64,000 nucleotides of DNA from Candidatus Omnitrophota bacterium (GCA_903861305.1 CAIOTT010000022.1:4049-68048), one strand, 5' to 3'; shown: positions 45,475-58,456, numbered from the stretch's first letter. Notes: generated by a model not told the origin, from the letters alone. A program made the numbers and translations.

Positions 45475-46197
45475 TTACTTCTTACCACCGGTAGCTTTAC
45501 CCTTGATCGCGGCTTTCGCCTGCTTCATCGGATTACGCTTGTGGACAATAATTTCTTTCTTCTCATCCAAAGAACGGTAAGAACGTTTCTCAGAAATGTG
45601 AACGCTTAAAAGACCATTCTTTGCGCCGGGAACCGCTCCTTTTACCAAGACCATATTATTCTCTGGGTCAACCTGCATAACACGCAGATTTTGCACCGTA
45701 ACACGTGCGTCACCCATATGTCCTGGCATATTCTTTCCGCGAAGAACACGTCCGGGATATGTGTTGGCACCGTTGGACCCGATACGACGATGATGCATCG
45801 ACCCATGACCTGCGTCGCCACCGTGCCAGTTCCAGCGCTTGATACCACCCTGAAAACCCTTACCGATGGACGTCCCAACAACAGTCACATAATCCCCGGC
45901 GCGAAAAATATCAGCTTTAAGCTGCTGTCCAAGCTGATAAACGGAATTATCCGAAGACTTAAATTCAAGGATCGTGCGCAACGGTGGAACCTTGACTTTT
46001 TTGCAGAGCCCAAGTCGCGGTTTCAAGCACCTTGACTCCCTGATCTCGTCAAACCCAAGAACGATCTTCGCTGGTTTATCCTTAAGACCAAGGACATAAC
46101 AAGGACCGACCTCGAGTGCTGTCACAGGGACAACATTTCCTTCTTTATCGAAGATCTGCGTCATGCCGATCTTTTTTCCTAATAATCCACTGATCAT
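45475..46197 (-). CDS. rplC: 50S ribosomal protein L3 (Lys-rich C-terminal extension)
   Basis: MISGLLGKKIGMTQIF...GKGFQGGIKRWNWHGG. The tail is KQAKAAIKGKATGGKK. Confidence 0.96.
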   Translation of the reverse strand: MISGLLGKKIGMTQIFDKEGNVVPVTALEVGPCYVLGLKDKPAKIVLGFDEIRESRCLKPRLGLCKKVKVPPLRTILEFKSSDNSVYQLGQQLKADIFRAGDYVTVVGTSIGKGFQGGIKRWNWHGGDAGHGSMHHRRIGSNGANTYPGRVLRGKNMPGHMGDARVTVQNLRVMQVDPENNMVLVKGAVPGAKNGLLSVHISEKRSYRSLDEKKEIIVHKRNPMKQAKAAIKGKATGGKK

Positions 46198-46305
46198 AAT
46201 GCTGCCAATCCTATCCCGTAACCACCGTTACTAACGAAGCGGAATTCCGTTTTATCTAAAACGGATTCTTTATCGCGTTGCGTCACAACCCTGTGCTGTG
46301 ACACT

Positions 46306-46608
46306 TCATTGCTTGATTTCCACATCAACGCCAGCAGGAAGGTTCAATTTCCGTAGCGCCTCGACAGTCTTTGAGGTTGGCTCAACGAGATCAATGAGCC
46401 TTTTATGGGTCGCAAGTGAGAACTGTTCACGAGACTTCTTGTCAATTACCGGAGAACGAAGCACCGTGTAAAGCTCTTTCTTGGTCGGGAGAGGCACAGG
46501 ACCATGAACTTTAGCCCCGGTCCTGATCGCCGTATCCACGATCTCTTGAGTAGACTGATCGATCAATCTGTGATCGTACGCTTTGAGTTTGATCCTTATC
46601 TTCTGCAT
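46306..46608 (-). CDS. rpsJ: 30S ribosomal protein S10
   Basis: [19 protein letters not shown]...GPVPLPT. Confidence 0.97.
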   Translation of the reverse strand: MQKIRIKLKAYDHRLIDQSTQEIVDTAIRTGAKVHGPVPLPTKKELYTVLRSPVIDKKSREQFSLATHKRLIDLVEPTSKTVEALRKLNLPAGVDVEIKQ

Positions 46609-46683
46609 GTGACGTTACTACCCTCAGTTATCCCGCTACTTAAGCACAGGCGGGGTTCCGCTCCGCGATCTTTATCGCATCGC

Positions 46684-47877
46684 TTATTCAATGATTTCAG
46701 AAACAACACCCGCACCAACAGTCTTACCACCCTCGCGGATCGCGAAACGAAGCTCTTTTTCGCAGGCCACAGGAACAATGAGCTCGACCGTGAGAACGAC
46801 GTTATCGCCGGGCATGCACATCTCAACGCCAGCGGGAAGTTCGGCCGTACCGGTAACGTCCGTTGTACGGAAATAAAACTGCGGACGATAACCCTTGAAG
46901 AACGGAGTATGACGACCGCCCTCTTCCTTATTGAGGATGTACACCGAGCACTTGAACTTCTTGTGGGGCTTGATGGACCCAGGGAAAGCCAGGACCATGC
47001 CGCGCTCGATCTTTTCTTTATCAACACCGCGCAAGAGAAGACCGACATTATCACCCGCCTGGCCTTGATCAAGCTCCTTACGGAACATTTCAACACCCGT
47101 AACGGTTGTCTTGCCGACCTCGGGACGTAACCCAACGATATCAACGTCCTGGCCGACCTTCACAATACCACGTTCGATACGGCCTGTCGCAACAGTACCA
47201 CGGCCGGAGATCGAGAAAATATCTTCAACAGCCATTAAGAACGGCTTGTCAAGTTCACGCACAGGCATCGGGATCCACTCGTCAACCGCCTTCATAAGGT
47301 CCAGGATGCACTTTGATTTACCCGTGAAATCTTTAGGATTATTAAGGGCATCAAGAGCAGAACCGCGGAGCACCGGCGTGTTGTCGCCATCGAACTTATA
47401 CTTAGTCAAAAGATCACGGATCTCCATCTCAACGAGGTCCAGAAGTTCCGGATCTGCCTGGTCGCACTTATTCAGGAAGACAACGATACGCGGAACGTTG
47501 ACCTGACGCGCAAGAAGAATGTGCTCGCGTGTCTGGGGCATTGCGCCATCCGTTGCTGAAACAACAAGGATCGCACCATCCATCTGCGCCGCACCGGTGA
47601 TCATGTTCTTGATATAGTCCGCGTGACCAGGACAATCGATATGGGCATAATGACGGGCTTCAGTCTGGTACTCGAGGTGCGCAATATTGATCGTGACACC
47701 GCGTTCTTTTTCTTCCGGGGCATTGTCGATCGAATCGTAGGCACGTGCCTGGGCAAGACCTTTTTCTGCCAATACCGTCGTGATAGCGGATGACAATGTG
47801 GTTTTACCGTGGTCTACGTGACCGATCGTTCCGATGTTCAAGTGCGGTTTATTTCTTTCAAATTTCTCTTTAGCCAT
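46684..47877 (-). CDS. tuf: Elongation factor Tu
   Basis: [40 protein letters not shown]. Confidence 0.98.
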   Translation of the reverse strand: MAKEKFERNKPHLNIGTIGHVDHGKTTLSSAITTVLAEKGLAQARAYDSIDNAPEEKERGVTINIAHLEYQTEARHYAHIDCPGHADYIKNMITGAAQMDGAILVVSATDGAMPQTREHILLARQVNVPRIVVFLNKCDQADPELLDLVEMEIRDLLTKYKFDGDNTPVLRGSALDALNNPKDFTGKSKCILDLMKAVDEWIPMPVRELDKPFLMAVEDIFSISGRGTVATGRIERGIVKVGQDVDIVGLRPEVGKTTVTGVEMFRKELDQGQAGDNVGLLLRGVDKEKIERGMVLAFPGSIKPHKKFKCSVYILNKEEGGRHTPFFKGYRPQFYFRTTDVTGTAELPAGVEMCMPGDNVVLTVELIVPVACEKELRFAIREGGKTVGAGVVSEIIE

Positions 47878-47911
47878 GTTTCTTCCTCCCTTTTTCAGAT
47901 AAGGATCTGAA

Positions 47912-50020
47912 TTATTTCTTCCTGCTGTTTAAATATTCCTGACGCGCACCAACGATCTTCTCGGCTACATTGTTAGGAACCTGCGCGTAATATGAAGGTT
48001 CCATCGAGAAGCTCGCGCGTCCCTGCGTAAGCGAACGAAGAGCATTCGCGTAATTGAACATCTCCGCGAGCGGGACATCAGCGCGGGTCGTCTTAACATT
48101 GCCAATACTTCCCAACTCCGTGATCTTGGCGCGCCGCGTGTTAAGATCGCCGATAACCGAGCCCATGAATTCCTCGGGACATGCCACTTCAACGGCCATG
48201 ATAGGCTCCTGGAACGCTGACCCACCTTTGGCCAAACCTTCCCTGAGTGCGATCTTCGCAGCCAACTGAAACGCGATATCGCTAGAATCGACATCATGAT
48301 AAGAACCATCAACCAACGTAACAATGATATCCGTAACGGGATAACCCGCCAAAACACCATTCAAAGACTGAGCCTTGATACCGGCTTCGATAGACTTGAT
48401 GAACTCGCGCGGAATAACACCGCCAACGATCTTGTCAACGAACTTTACGCCTGTGCCGCGCTCTGCCGGTGCTACGTCGATAACAACGTGACCATATTGC
48501 CCACGGCCACCGGACTGCGAAATAAATTTCCCGACCACATCTTCGACCTTACGCGTGATCGCTTCCTTATAAGCAACCTGAGGACGACCGATATTTGCTT
48601 CGAGACCATGTTCCCGCTTCATGCGGTCGATGACGATCTCAAGGTGCAACTCACCCATCCCGGAAATAATGGTTTGCGAAGTTTCCTGATCATACTCGAC
48701 ACGAAGGGAAGGATCCTCATCAAGGAACTTCCGAAGGATCATGCCAAGCTTGTCCTGATCAGCCTTCGTCTTTGGCTCAAGCGCCATGGAAACAACAGGC
48801 TCCGGAACCTTCATGCCTTCAAGGACTGCCGGTTTACTATCGTGGCAAAGTGTATCACCATTTTTGGTTTCTTTCAAGCCAACCACAGCAATGATCTCAC
48901 CTGCACCGGCTTTGGCAATGATCTCTTGTTTGTTGGCGTGCATCAGCAACAACTTCGATACACGTTCGCGCTTGTCACGCGAGGAATTTAAAAGCGTTTC
49001 GCCCGAAGTCAAAACTCCAGAATAAATTCTTGTATAAAACAACTTTCCAACGTAAGGATCGGAGGCCACCTTGAAAACAAGAGCCGCCAAAGGTTCGCTG
49101 TCAGAAGGCTTGAGATAAAAAATGTCTTCTTTGTTGTTCGGATTATACGCCTTGACCGGAGGAACATCGAGCGGTGAGGGGAGAAAATCAACGACCGCGT
49201 CAAGAACGAGCTGAACTCCGCGATTGCGCAACGCCGTACCAGCAAGGACCGGAAGGAATTTCGCTTTAAGGACACCGCGGCGAATACCAGCCTTAAGCTC
49301 CTCAGGCGTAACAGGCTCCTCATTCAAGTACTTCTCCATGATGATGTCATCAGCCTCTCCGACCTTTTCAACGAGGATATGATGCATTTCATCAGCTTTG
49401 GCTTTCAGGTGTGCCGGGATATCAGAAACGATCATCTTAAGACCATCAGCATCCTCGTACGTGATGTACTTCATGCTCACCACATCGACAACACCCTTGA
49501 ACTGATCTTCATGCGCATCCGGGAAGTTAATTGCCGCAGCATTAGCCCCTAAGCGCTCATAAGTTTGTTTGAGAACACGATAGAAATCCGCTCCGAGCCG
49601 ATCAACCTTATTGATAAATGCAACCCGTGGAACACGGTAGCGGTCTGCCTGACGCCAAACCGTTTCAGTTTGCGACTGAACACCGCTGGTAGCGCACAAC
49701 ACAATGACAGCGCCGTCAAGGACCTTAAGCGAACGCTCGACCTCGATCGTGAAATCAACGTGCCCAGGTGTATCAATGATGTTGACCTTATGATTCTTCC
49801 AGTACGTAGTCGTATTGGCAGCAACGATAGTAATGCCGCGTTCCTTTTCCTGCTCCATGTAATCCATCTGCGTATTGCCCTCGTCCACAGAGCCAAGCTT
49901 ATGGATCATGCCGGTATAATAAAGGATACGCTCCGTCGTGGTAGTCTTACCCGCGTCGATATGCGCAATAATACCAATATTCCTTACTCTATCTAAAGGG
50001 ATCTGCTCGCTAGCTGCCAT
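47912..50020 (-). CDS. fusA: Elongation factor G
   Basis: [29 protein letters not shown]. 702 aa. Strong SD GGGAGGAAG upstream. Confidence 0.98.
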   Translation of the reverse strand: MAASEQIPLDRVRNIGIIAHIDAGKTTTTERILYYTGMIHKLGSVDEGNTQMDYMEQEKERGITIVAANTTTYWKNHKVNIIDTPGHVDFTIEVERSLKVLDGAVIVLCATSGVQSQTETVWRQADRYRVPRVAFINKVDRLGADFYRVLKQTYERLGANAAAINFPDAHEDQFKGVVDVVSMKYITYEDADGLKMIVSDIPAHLKAKADEMHHILVEKVGEADDIIMEKYLNEEPVTPEELKAGIRRGVLKAKFLPVLAGTALRNRGVQLVLDAVVDFLPSPLDVPPVKAYNPNNKEDIFYLKPSDSEPLAALVFKVASDPYVGKLFYTRIYSGVLTSGETLLNSSRDKRERVSKLLLMHANKQEIIAKAGAGEIIAVVGLKETKNGDTLCHDSKPAVLEGMKVPEPVVSMALEPKTKADQDKLGMILRKFLDEDPSLRVEYDQETSQTIISGMGELHLEIVIDRMKREHGLEANIGRPQVAYKEAITRKVEDVVGKFISQSGGRGQYGHVVIDVAPAERGTGVKFVDKIVGGVIPREFIKSIEAGIKAQSLNGVLAGYPVTDIIVTLVDGSYHDVDSSDIAFQLAAKIALREGLAKGGSAFQEPIMAVEVACPEEFMGSVIGDLNTRRAKITELGSIGNVKTTRADVPLAEMFNYANALRSLTQGRASFSMEPSYYAQVPNNVAEKIVGARQEYLNSRKK

Positions 50021-50045
50021 TTGATATATTACCTGTTATTATCCA

Positions 50046-50516
50046 TTACCATCTGAAGTGACTGAAGGCCTTGTTCGCTTCCGCCATTTTGTGCGTCTCA
50101 TCGCGCTTCTTGATCGCCGCGCCTTCCTGCTTGTAGGCCGCGACCAATTCGTCGGCGAGTTTCTGCACCATTGACTTGCCCTTTTTCTTACGGGCGAAAT
50201 CGCGGATCCATCGAAGAGCGAGGGATGTTCCACGGGCAGGCGCCACATCGATCGGGACCTGGTAGGTCGCGCCACCGACACGGCGTGCTTTAAGTTCAAC
50301 ACGCGGACGGACATTATCAACGGCTTTACCAAAAGCCTTCAACACAGGCTCATCGGTAACTTTTTCAGCAAGGATGGCCAAAGCTCCGTAAACTATGCCT
50401 TCCGCAACCGTTTTCTTACCAGACTCCATAATAACATTCATGAAGCGAGAAACAAGCTCACTGCTATACTTGGGGTCTCCCAAAACCTCTCTTTTTTCAG
50501 CGCGACGTCTTCTCAT
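50046..50516 (-). CDS. rpsG: 30S ribosomal protein S7
   Basis: MRRRRAEKREVLGDPKY...AFSHFRW. Confidence 0.97.
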   Translation of the reverse strand: MRRRRAEKREVLGDPKYSSELVSRFMNVIMESGKKTVAEGIVYGALAILAEKVTDEPVLKAFGKAVDNVRPRVELKARRVGGATYQVPIDVAPARGTSLALRWIRDFARKKKGKSMVQKLADELVAAYKQEGAAIKKRDETHKMAEANKAFSHFRW

Positions 50517-50518
50517 GA

Positions 50519-50893
50519 TTACGATTTCTCTCTCTTTGTACCGTACTTGGAACGGGATTTCTTCCTCTTGGCGACACCCGCTGTATCAAGCGTTCCACGG
50601 ACCATGTGATATCGAACGCCCGGAAGATCTTTTACACGCCCCCCGCGAACAAGCACGATCGAGTGTTCCTGAAGATTGTGCCCTTCGCCGGGAATATAGG
50701 AAGTGACCTCGACCTTGTTCGAAAGCCTGACGCGCGCGATCTTACGCAACGCAGAGTTCGGCTTCTTCGGGGTCATGGTCTTAACTTGCAAACACACACC
50801 GCGTTTTTGCGGGCAAGAACTGAGCGCCGGCGACTTACTTTTCTTCGCCTTCTGAACTCTGCTCTTTCTGATCAACTGCTGGATTGTCGGCAT
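50519..50893 (-). CDS. rpsL: 30S ribosomal protein S12
   Basis: [10 protein letters not shown]...[10 protein letters not shown]...[18 protein letters not shown] checked at 50891-50893. Confidence 0.98.
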   Translation of the reverse strand: MPTIQQLIRKSRVQKAKKSKSPALSSCPQKRGVCLQVKTMTPKKPNSALRKIARVRLSNKVEVTSYIPGEGHNLQEHSIVLVRGGRVKDLPGVRYHMVRGTLDTAGVAKRKKSRSKYGTKREKS

Positions 50894-53800
50894 ACTTTAC
50901 CATTTCAACTTTATTATACGTGTGAAAACCTGTGCCTGCGGGGATCAAATGCCCGACGATAACGTTCTCTTTAAGGCCAGAAAGAAGGTCAATCTTACCA
51001 GACGAAGCGGCTTCTGTCAAGACTCTTGTTGTTTCTTGGAAACTGGCCGCAGAAATAAAACTCTCCGTCGACAAAGACACCTTTGTGATCCCCAAAAGAA
51101 GCGGCGTGGCCTGTGCAGGCTTGCCTTTCTTTTTCATAACAGCCTCATTCGACTTCTTGAACGCGGAACGGTCAACCTGTTCACCGACGAGGAATTCAGT
51201 ATCGCCGGAATCATCGATGCGCACCTTCTTGAGCATCATGGAAATAATAAGCTCAATGTGCTTGTCGTTGATACGGACGCCCTGAAGACGGTAAACTTCC
51301 TGGACCTCATTCAACAGATACTCCTGCAGGACCTTGTCACCGCTCACGCGCAAGATGTCCTGCGGCACGATAGGCCCTTCAGTCAGCTGCTGCCCTGCGA
51401 ACACTTTATCACCCTTGTACACCGTCGGGTGCTTGCCATGCGGGATGGCGTATTCCTTGGCCATGCCCGTCGAGCTCTTAACGATGATCGTCCTGTTCCC
51501 GCGGCGATCCTCGCCAAACTCAACGAGACCGTCGATCTCGGAGATAACAGCCGGGTCCTTCGGACGACGAGCCTCGAACAACTCTGCCACACGCGGCAGA
51601 CCGCCCGTGATATCGCGCGTCTTCTGAACACCACGCGGGATCTTCGCGATAAGCTCACCAGCCCCGATGACAGCCTTGTCGCTGACTAGAATGTGAGCAC
51701 CGACGGGGATCGAATATATCCCCGCGACCTCAGCTCCCGTGGTAACGATGATCTGCGGATGGAATTCCTGCTTGTGCTCGACGACCACACGCTCCGTGAT
51801 GCCGGTGACCGGGTTCAATTCGCCACGGATCGTAACATCCTCGACGAGATCCTCGAAATTGACCTGACCTTTCACTTCCGTGATGATCGGGATCGTGTAA
51901 GGGTCCCATTTGGCGAAAATGACACCTTTATCAACCTGCAGTCCGTCGGCAATGCTCAGCGACGACCCCTGCGGCAACTGGTAGCGCTCATATTCGCGCC
52001 CATACTCATTATTGATCGAGACCGAACCATTACGGTTCAGGACGATATATTCATTTCCCTTTTGAACGACACGCAGCTGGTGGTACTTTAACTCACCTGC
52101 GTTCTTGGAACGGATGAATGACTGCTCGACCGTGCGCGACGCCGTACCGCCGATGTGGAACGTCCTCATCGTCAGCTGCGTGCCCGGTTCACCGATAGAC
52201 TGCGCCGCAATGATACCGACCGCTTCGCCCAGTTCAACGAGGCGATGCGTGGCCAGGTTGCGTCCATAACACTTCACGCAAACACCGATGTCGGCCTCGC
52301 AGGTGAGCGCGCTGCGGATGCGGACTTTTTCAATGCCAAGCTGTTCGATGAGGTCGGCTTTTTCTTCCGAGATCTCCTCACCGGCCAGAATGACCCTCTG
52401 GTCCGTAACGATATCGACAATACTGTCAAGCGCCACGCGGCCAATGATACGCTCCTTGAGCGGCACCACCACCTCATCGCCTTCAATGATCGCCGACACG
52501 GCCACACCATTAAGCGTCCCGCAATCGTCGACAGAAACAACGATCTCCTGCGCCACGTCAACAAGACGGCGCGTCAGATAACCTGCGTCCGCGGTCTTCA
52601 GAGCGGTATCCGCCAGACCTTTGCGCGCGCCGTGCGTAGAAATGAAATACTCAAGCACCGTGAGCCCCTCGCGGAAGCTCGCCGTGATCGGATTCTCAAT
52701 GATCTCGCCCGATGGTTTTGCCATCAAGCCTCTCATACCGGACAGCTGGCGGATCTGGAGCTTGGAACCTCTCGCGCCGGAATCAGCCATGATGAAGACC
52801 GGGTTAAAGGTTTCCATCTTCTTGAACACCATCTCGGAGATGGTCTCTGTTGTATGTGTCCAGATATCAATGATCTTGTTGTAGCGCTCACGGCCCGTGA
52901 TCACACCTTTATGGTACTGATCCTCGACCTTGCTCACATCCAGCTTGGCGCTTGTAAGCGTTGTGGCCTTCTCTTTAGGAACTGTGAGGTCGGACATACC
53001 GATCGAAATACCGGCATTGGTCGCGCAGCTGAACCCCAGGGCCTTGACACGGTCAAGGAGCTGGATGGTCTCGTAATGTCCTAATTTTTTATAACAATCG
53101 GCAATGACTGCGCCGAGCTTCTTCTTGTCGATAAGTACGTTGACGAATCCCATGGACGGATGTATCTGTTCGTTGAAGATCACACGGCCGACCGTTGTCT
53201 CGATGACGCGGCCTTTGGTAACAGGCTCGATCTTGACGACCTTCTCGTTACGGGTATCAGCAGATGCTCCCGCTTTGATGACCGTCGAGGCAAAGTCCTC
53301 GCCCCAGACCGACGAATCGATGCGGACGCGCACGCGGGAATGAAGATCAACAAAACCGTCGTTATGGGCCACAACAACCTCGCTGACACTGGCGAACAAT
53401 TTGTCCTCGCCTTGTGAACCAGGTTTCTCCTTGGTGAGATAATACAAACCAAGAACGATATCCTGTGTCGGAGAAACGATCGGACGACCGTCGGCTGGTG
53501 AGAACAGGTTGTTAACAGATAACAGCTGCAGACGGCATTCGGTCTGTGCCTCGAGCGAAAGAGGGATATGAACAGCCATCTGGTCGCCGTCGAAGTCCGC
53601 GTTGAAGGCCGCGCACACAAGAGGATGAAGGGTGATCGCCTTGCCCTCGATCAATACAGGCTGGAAGGCCTGGATCGAAAGGCGGTGCAAGGTCGGGGCG
53701 CGGTTGAGCATGATGGGGTGGTCCTTGATGACCTCATCCAGGATATCCCACACCTCGACGTTGGCGCGCTCCACCATGCGCTTGGCACCCTTGATGGTGT

Positions 53801-54956
53801 GCACAAAACCACGTTCGCGCAACTTACGAATAATAAAAGGCTCGAACAGTTCAAGCGCCATCTTTTTAGGCAGACCGCACTGATGCAAATGCAGCTCTGG
53901 ACCGACAACGATGACAGAACGACCGGAATAATCGACACGCTTACCCAAAAGGTTCATACGGAAACGACCCTGTTTCCCCTTGAGCATGTCAGAAAGGGAC
54001 TTCAACGGACGATTGCCCGAACCGAGGACAGGGCGGCCATGACGACCATTATCCAGAAGAGCGTCAACAGACTCCTGGAGCATGCGCTTCTCATTGCGGA
54101 CAATGATCTCCGGCGCGCTCAGGTCGATCAATTTCTTCAAACGGTTATTGCGATTAATGACCCGCCGATAGAGATCGTTCAGGTCAGACGTGGCAAAGCG
54201 ACCGCCTTCAAGCGGGACCAGAGGACGCAGGTCCGGCGGGATCACGGGAAGGACGTCGAGCACCATCCACTCTGAAAGGTTGCCCGAAACCTTGAAATCC
54301 TCGACGATCTTCAATGTCTTGGAGATCTTCTTGAAATTCGTGCCCGTCGGATTAGCCTTCTCCAGATCCTTGCGCAATTCCTTCGAGAGCTTGTTCAGGT
54401 CGATCTCGCGCAGCAGATCACGCACAGCCTCGGCCCCGATCTTCGCCTTGAAGTTCCCGCCGAACTTGGAGATAGCATCCTGATATTTATCCTCGGAAAG
54501 AAGATCTTTTTTCTTGAGCGACGTGGTGCCGGGATCAAGGATGACATATTCTTCGTAATAGATGATCTTCTCGAGATCGCGTAAACCGATCTGCAAGAGC
54601 GCCGCCAAACGGCTTGGGACCGCCTTGTAGAACCAGATATGGGTCACAGGACATGCAAGATCAATATGCCCCATGCGTTCGCGCCGGACAGATGAACGCG
54701 TCACCAGAACGCCACAGCGGTCGCAAGTGATCCCCTTGAACTTGATCCCCTTGTACTTGCCGCAATTACATTCCCAGTCGCGCACAGGCCCGAAAATACG
54801 TTCGCAGAAAAGTCCGTCCTTCTCTGGCTTGAGCGTTCTGTAGTTAAGCGTTTCCGCTTTTCTGACCGGTCCGTTAGACCAAGACCTGATCACGTCAGGA
54901 GAAGCGATTTTAATGGAGATCCGATCATGCTCTTTAATATTGATTTCGGGTTTCAT
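50835..54956 (-). CDS. rpoC: DNA-directed RNA polymerase subunit beta'
   Basis: Zn finger [20 protein letters not shown], catalytic NADFDGDQM. 1373 aa. The stop (tta 50835-50837) lies 59 nt inside rpsL. Confidence 0.98.
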   Translation of the reverse strand: MKPEINIKEHDRISIKIASPDVIRSWSNGPVRKAETLNYRTLKPEKDGLFCERIFGPVRDWECNCGKYKGIKFKGITCDRCGVLVTRSSVRRERMGHIDLACPVTHIWFYKAVPSRLAALLQIGLRDLEKIIYYEEYVILDPGTTSLKKKDLLSEDKYQDAISKFGGNFKAKIGAEAVRDLLREIDLNKLSKELRKDLEKANPTGTNFKKISKTLKIVEDFKVSGNLSEWMVLDVLPVIPPDLRPLVPLEGGRFATSDLNDLYRRVINRNNRLKKLIDLSAPEIIVRNEKRMLQESVDALLDNGRHGRPVLGSGNRPLKSLSDMLKGKQGRFRMNLLGKRVDYSGRSVIVVGPELHLHQCGLPKKMALELFEPFIIRKLRERGFVHTIKGAKRMVERANVEVWDILDEVIKDHPIMLNRAPTLHRLSIQAFQPVLIEGKAITLHPLVCAAFNADFDGDQMAVHIPLSLEAQTECRLQLLSVNNLFSPADGRPIVSPTQDIVLGLYYLTKEKPGSQGEDKLFASVSEVVVAHNDGFVDLHSRVRVRIDSSVWGEDFASTVIKAGASADTRNEKVVKIEPVTKGRVIETTVGRVIFNEQIHPSMGFVNVLIDKKKLGAVIADCYKKLGHYETIQLLDRVKALGFSCATNAGISIGMSDLTVPKEKATTLTSAKLDVSKVEDQYHKGVITGRERYNKIIDIWTHTTETISEMVFKKMETFNPVFIMADSGARGSKLQIRQLSGMRGLMAKPSGEIIENPITASFREGLTVLEYFISTHGARKGLADTALKTADAGYLTRRLVDVAQEIVVSVDDCGTLNGVAVSAIIEGDEVVVPLKERIIGRVALDSIVDIVTDQRVILAGEEISEEKADLIEQLGIEKVRIRSALTCEADIGVCVKCYGRNLATHRLVELGEAVGIIAAQSIGEPGTQLTMRTFHIGGTASRTVEQSFIRSKNAGELKYHQLRVVQKGNEYIVLNRNGSVSINNEYGREYERYQLPQGSSLSIADGLQVDKGVIFAKWDPYTIPIITEVKGQVNFEDLVEDVTIRGELNPVTGITERVVVEHKQEFHPQIIVTTGAEVAGIYSIPVGAHILVSDKAVIGAGELIAKIPRGVQKTRDITGGLPRVAELFEARRPKDPAVISEIDGLVEFGEDRRGNRTIIVKSSTGMAKEYAIPHGKHPTVYKGDKVFAGQQLTEGPIVPQDILRVSGDKVLQEYLLNEVQEVYRLQGVRINDKHIELIISMMLKKVRIDDSGDTEFLVGEQVDRSAFKKSNEAVMKKKGKPAQATPLLLGITKVSLSTESFISAASFQETTRVLTEAASSGKIDLLSGLKENVIVGHLIPAGTGFHTYNKVEMVKYADNPAVDQKEQSSEGEEK

Positions 54957-57900
54957 TCCTTCTTCTCACCCTCTTCAGTAGCGCCTTCAGCTCTCTCGAG
55001 GCGAATATCCAAGCACAATCCCTGCAACTCCTTCACCAGAACGTTAAATGATTCAGGAGTACCCGGGGCTAATTTATGTTCACCCTTAACGATTGCCTCA
55101 TAGATGCGGCTGCGGCCAAGGACATCGTCAGACTTGACGGTAAGCATTTCCTGCAGTGTGTACGCCGCGCCATAAGCCTCAAGCGCCCACACTTCCATTT
55201 CCCCGAAACGCTGGCCACCGAAATGGGCTTTACCGCCCAAAGGCTGCTGCGTAACGAGAGAATACGGCCCGATCGAACGGGCATGTATCTTTTCATCGAC
55301 CAGGTGGTTGAGCTTGATCATGTAAATGTAGCCCACCGTGATCTTCTGGTCGAACGGATGACCCGTAAAACCGTCAAGAACAACGGTCTTCCCGTCTTCC
55401 GGAAGCTTGGCTTCCCTGAGAAGGCCGCGGATATCATCTTCCGTAGCGCCATTAAAAACAGGTGATTCAATATGCAACCCCAACGCCTGGGCCGCCCACC
55501 CCAAATGTGTTTCAAGCAACTGTCCGACGTTCATGCGCGAAGGCACGCCCAGCGGATTCAGGACGATATCAACCGCCTTGCCGTTCTCCAGGAAAGGCAT
55601 ATCTTCCTCGGGGAGGATACGGGAAACAATACCCTTGTTACCGTGACGTCCGGCCATCTTGTCACCGACAGAAAGCTTGCGCTTGGTGGCAACATAGACA
55701 ACGACGCGTTTCAAGACACCGGCGGGAAGTTCATCGCCCTTCTTGACCCGATCGACCTCACGCAACTCTTCTTCCTTCAACTCATTGACCCTGTCGTTGT
55801 AAAGGGCGATAACCTCGCGGCCTTCACTGTCCTCTTCAAGGTCCTCGGTACCCAGCAGCCCGACCTTCTTTTCATCGAGCCCGAGGATATCGGAAAGTTT
55901 CTTGTTCTTTTCATTTGCCGCGAATTCAAGCTCCTGCGCGTAATACTCATGGATCTTGTCGACTTCAGCGGCTTCCTTCATCTTATCCGCTTTGTTCTTG
56001 CGTCCCCGCTCATTGCGCTGGAACACCTCAACATTGACAATGACGCCCATGATCCCCGGTGATAAGGTAAGGGACGTGTCACGGACATCTGCCGCCTTTT
56101 CACCGAAAATGGCGCGCAGCAGCCGTTCTTCAGGGGACAATTCCTTTTCGCTCTTCGGCGTAACTTTGCCGACAAGGATATCCCCGGCCTTAACTTCAGC
56201 GCCGACACGGACAATACCGTCCGGTGTCAGGTCCTTAAGGGCATCTTCGCCTACATTAGGGATGTCGCGCGTGACTTCCTCGTTCCCGAGGCGGGTCTCG
56301 CGGCATTCGCACTCAAAACGCTCGATATGAATGGACGTGAACTTGTCCTCGCGCACCGCGCGTTCATTGATAAGGATCGCGTCCTCGAAGTTATATCCGC
56401 GCCAGGGCATGAACGCGACCAGCACGTTGCGCCCCAGGGCGATACGGCCTTCTTTGGTCGCCACGCCGTCCGCGATGGTCTGCCCCTTCTCCACCTTGTC
56501 GCCGAGCTTGATGAGCGGCGTCTGGTGAACGCAGGTATTGGCATTGGAGCGCTGGTAGATCTTCAGCGGATAAACATTATCCGCACCGATGACGATCTCG
56601 CGCGCGTCGACCTTGGTGACGGTCCCTGCCTGCTGAGCGATAACAACGGCGCCGGAATCGCGCGCCACCTTCTCTTCCATACCCGTTCCAACGAACGGAA
56701 CTTCGGTGATCATCAAAGGCACTGCCTGGCGCTGCATGTTAGAACCCATCAAAGCACGGTTCGCGTCATCATGCTCCAGGAACGGTATCATCGATGTTGC
56801 CACCGAAACCAGCTGCTTGGGTGACACATCCATCAATTCAACTTCCTGGGGAGATGTCTTGGGGAAATCGGTCTTGTAGCGGCACGCGACTTCCTTGGCA
56901 CTGATCGTTCCGTCCTTATCAACAGGCGTATTAGCCTGGGCGATGTACTTATTCTGGTCGATATCCGCCGTTAAGTATTCTACCTTGCGGGTGACCTTGC
57001 CATTCTCGACCTTGCGATATGGTGTCTCGATGAAACCGAGGTCATTGACACGCGCGCAGGTCGTCAGTGACGAAATAAGACCGATGTTCGGGCCTTCAGG
57101 AGTTTCGATCGGGCACACGCGACCGTAGTGCGTCGGATGAACGTCGCGCACCTCGAACCCCGCGCGTTCACGGGAGAGACCACCGGGACCCAGCGCTGAT
57201 AAACGCCGCTTGTGCGTCATTTCAGCGATAGGGTTCACCTGATCCGCGAACTGCGACAGCTGGCTGCGCGCAAAAAAGTCCTGGATCTGGTTTGAAAAAA
57301 GGCGCGAATTGATCAAATGGTGCGCCGTCAGATTTTCGTAGTTGCTCATCACGACCAAGCGTTCCTTGATGGAACGTTCCAGACGCGCCAGACCAATGCG
57401 GACCTGGTTCTGGATAAGCTCGCCGACCGACTTGATGCGGCGATTGCCAAGGTGGTCGATATCATCCGTCTCACCCCTGCCCTCGCGCAGCTCGAAAAGA
57501 TACTTCATCACCGCAACGACCGTCGTAATATCAAGCACGCGGTTATCGAGCGGGAGGTTCAACTTAAGCTTGCGATTGACAATGTGACGCCCGACCTTCG
57601 AGAGATCGTAACGTTTGGGGTCAAAAAACAAACGATAAAAAAGCGCTTCCGCCACTTCAACCGTTGCCGGTTCCGTGGGGCGCATTTTCCGGTAAAAATC
57701 CAGGAGCGCATCTTCCTTGGATTCGGTATGGTCTTTTTCAAGTGTCGGCGCGAGCTTTTCAAACTCACTGCCAAGGACCTGCTGCATATCTTCGCGGGTC
57801 GTGAGACCCATGATGCGCAGGATCTGGCTGGCAGGAAAATTGCGGCGGCGGTCTATGTACGCCAAAAGAACGTCGTTGAGATCATACTTGATCTCGAACC

Positions 57901-58405
57901 ACGCTCCGCGCGAAGGGATGACACGGCCATAATAAATGGTCTTACCCGTGGGATGAAGCTCGGCTTCAAAGGAAACACCCGGTGGACGCTGGATCTGAGA
58001 GACCACAACGCGCTCATCCCCGTTAATAATGAACGTGCCGGTGTCCGTCATCAAGGGAAAGTCGCCAAAATAGACTTCCTGTTCCTTGATGTCAACAGGC
58101 GTGATCAGGCGGAGTTTTACCTTGAGCGGCGCGGCATACGTCATGCCACGGCGCTGACACTCCTGACGAGAATACTTCTCCTTACCCAGAGAATAGCTGA
58201 TGTATTCCAGGCGGATCTGCCCGTCGTAACTCTCGAGCGGGAAAACCTCGCGGAACACTTCTTCCAGGCCCTGATCCTGACGTTTGGCAGAATCAGCTTC
58301 TCTTTGGAGGAAGCTCTCGTAGGATTTGACCTGGATATCAAGGAGTGACGGTAACTCGAACGTATCTTGATATTTGATGAACTCTTTAATGTTCAGTTTA
58401 GCCAT
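54953..58405 (-). CDS. rpoB: DNA-directed RNA polymerase subunit beta (compact, 1150 aa)
   Basis: Rif-region [45 protein letters not shown] overlap with rpoC. Confidence 0.98.
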   Translation of the reverse strand: MAKLNIKEFIKYQDTFELPSLLDIQVKSYESFLQREADSAKRQDQGLEEVFREVFPLESYDGQIRLEYISYSLGKEKYSRQECQRRGMTYAAPLKVKLRLITPVDIKEQEVYFGDFPLMTDTGTFIINGDERVVVSQIQRPPGVSFEAELHPTGKTIYYGRVIPSRGAWFEIKYDLNDVLLAYIDRRRNFPASQILRIMGLTTREDMQQVLGSEFEKLAPTLEKDHTESKEDALLDFYRKMRPTEPATVEVAEALFYRLFFDPKRYDLSKVGRHIVNRKLKLNLPLDNRVLDITTVVAVMKYLFELREGRGETDDIDHLGNRRIKSVGELIQNQVRIGLARLERSIKERLVVMSNYENLTAHHLINSRLFSNQIQDFFARSQLSQFADQVNPIAEMTHKRRLSALGPGGLSRERAGFEVRDVHPTHYGRVCPIETPEGPNIGLISSLTTCARVNDLGFIETPYRKVENGKVTRKVEYLTADIDQNKYIAQANTPVDKDGTISAKEVACRYKTDFPKTSPQEVELMDVSPKQLVSVATSMIPFLEHDDANRALMGSNMQRQAVPLMITEVPFVGTGMEEKVARDSGAVVIAQQAGTVTKVDAREIVIGADNVYPLKIYQRSNANTCVHQTPLIKLGDKVEKGQTIADGVATKEGRIALGRNVLVAFMPWRGYNFEDAILINERAVREDKFTSIHIERFECECRETRLGNEEVTRDIPNVGEDALKDLTPDGIVRVGAEVKAGDILVGKVTPKSEKELSPEERLLRAIFGEKAADVRDTSLTLSPGIMGVIVNVEVFQRNERGRKNKADKMKEAAEVDKIHEYYAQELEFAANEKNKKLSDILGLDEKKVGLLGTEDLEEDSEGREVIALYNDRVNELKEEELREVDRVKKGDELPAGVLKRVVVYVATKRKLSVGDKMAGRHGNKGIVSRILPEEDMPFLENGKAVDIVLNPLGVPSRMNVGQLLETHLGWAAQALGLHIESPVFNGATEDDIRGLLREAKLPEDGKTVVLDGFTGHPFDQKITVGYIYMIKLNHLVDEKIHARSIGPYSLVTQQPLGGKAHFGGQRFGEMEVWALEAYGAAYTLQEMLTVKSDDVLGRSRIYEAIVKGEHKLAPGTPESFNVLVKELQGLCLDIRLERAEGATEEGEKKE

Positions 58406-58436
58406 ATCCTTACAGAATCTTCCGTTAAATGTTAAT

Positions 58437-58456
58437 CCTGCCCCAGTTGGGGCAGG
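58437..58456 (-). terminator. rplL-rpoB intergenic hairpin (candidate attenuator/processing site)
   Basis: cctgcccc-agtt-ggggcagg read directly (8-bp perfect stem, 4-nt loop), 31 nt after the rplL stop. The downstream minus-strand sequence AUUAACAUUUAAC is A/U-rich but has no clean U-tract. Confidence 0.45.

Noticed and set aside
46609-46683. Possible terminator or promoter in the tuf-rpsJ spacer (short hairpins gcgat-aaag-atcgc and gcgg-ggtt-ccgc).
   Set aside because: The stems are only 4-5 bp with no U-tract, and there are no convincing -35/-10 hexamers. This is too weak to call.
46596-47144. 182-aa minus-strand ORF overlapping tuf in another frame.
   Set aside because: It lies inside EF-Tu, one of the most conserved genes, and is an out-of-frame artefact.
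50922-58348. Multiple 200-340-aa plus-strand ORFs inside rpoC and rpoB (for example 50922-51689, 52155-53084, 53568-54275, 55472-56062, 57317-58348).
   Set aside because: All are antisense to universally conserved RNA polymerase genes and are explained by stop-codon-poor antisense frames.
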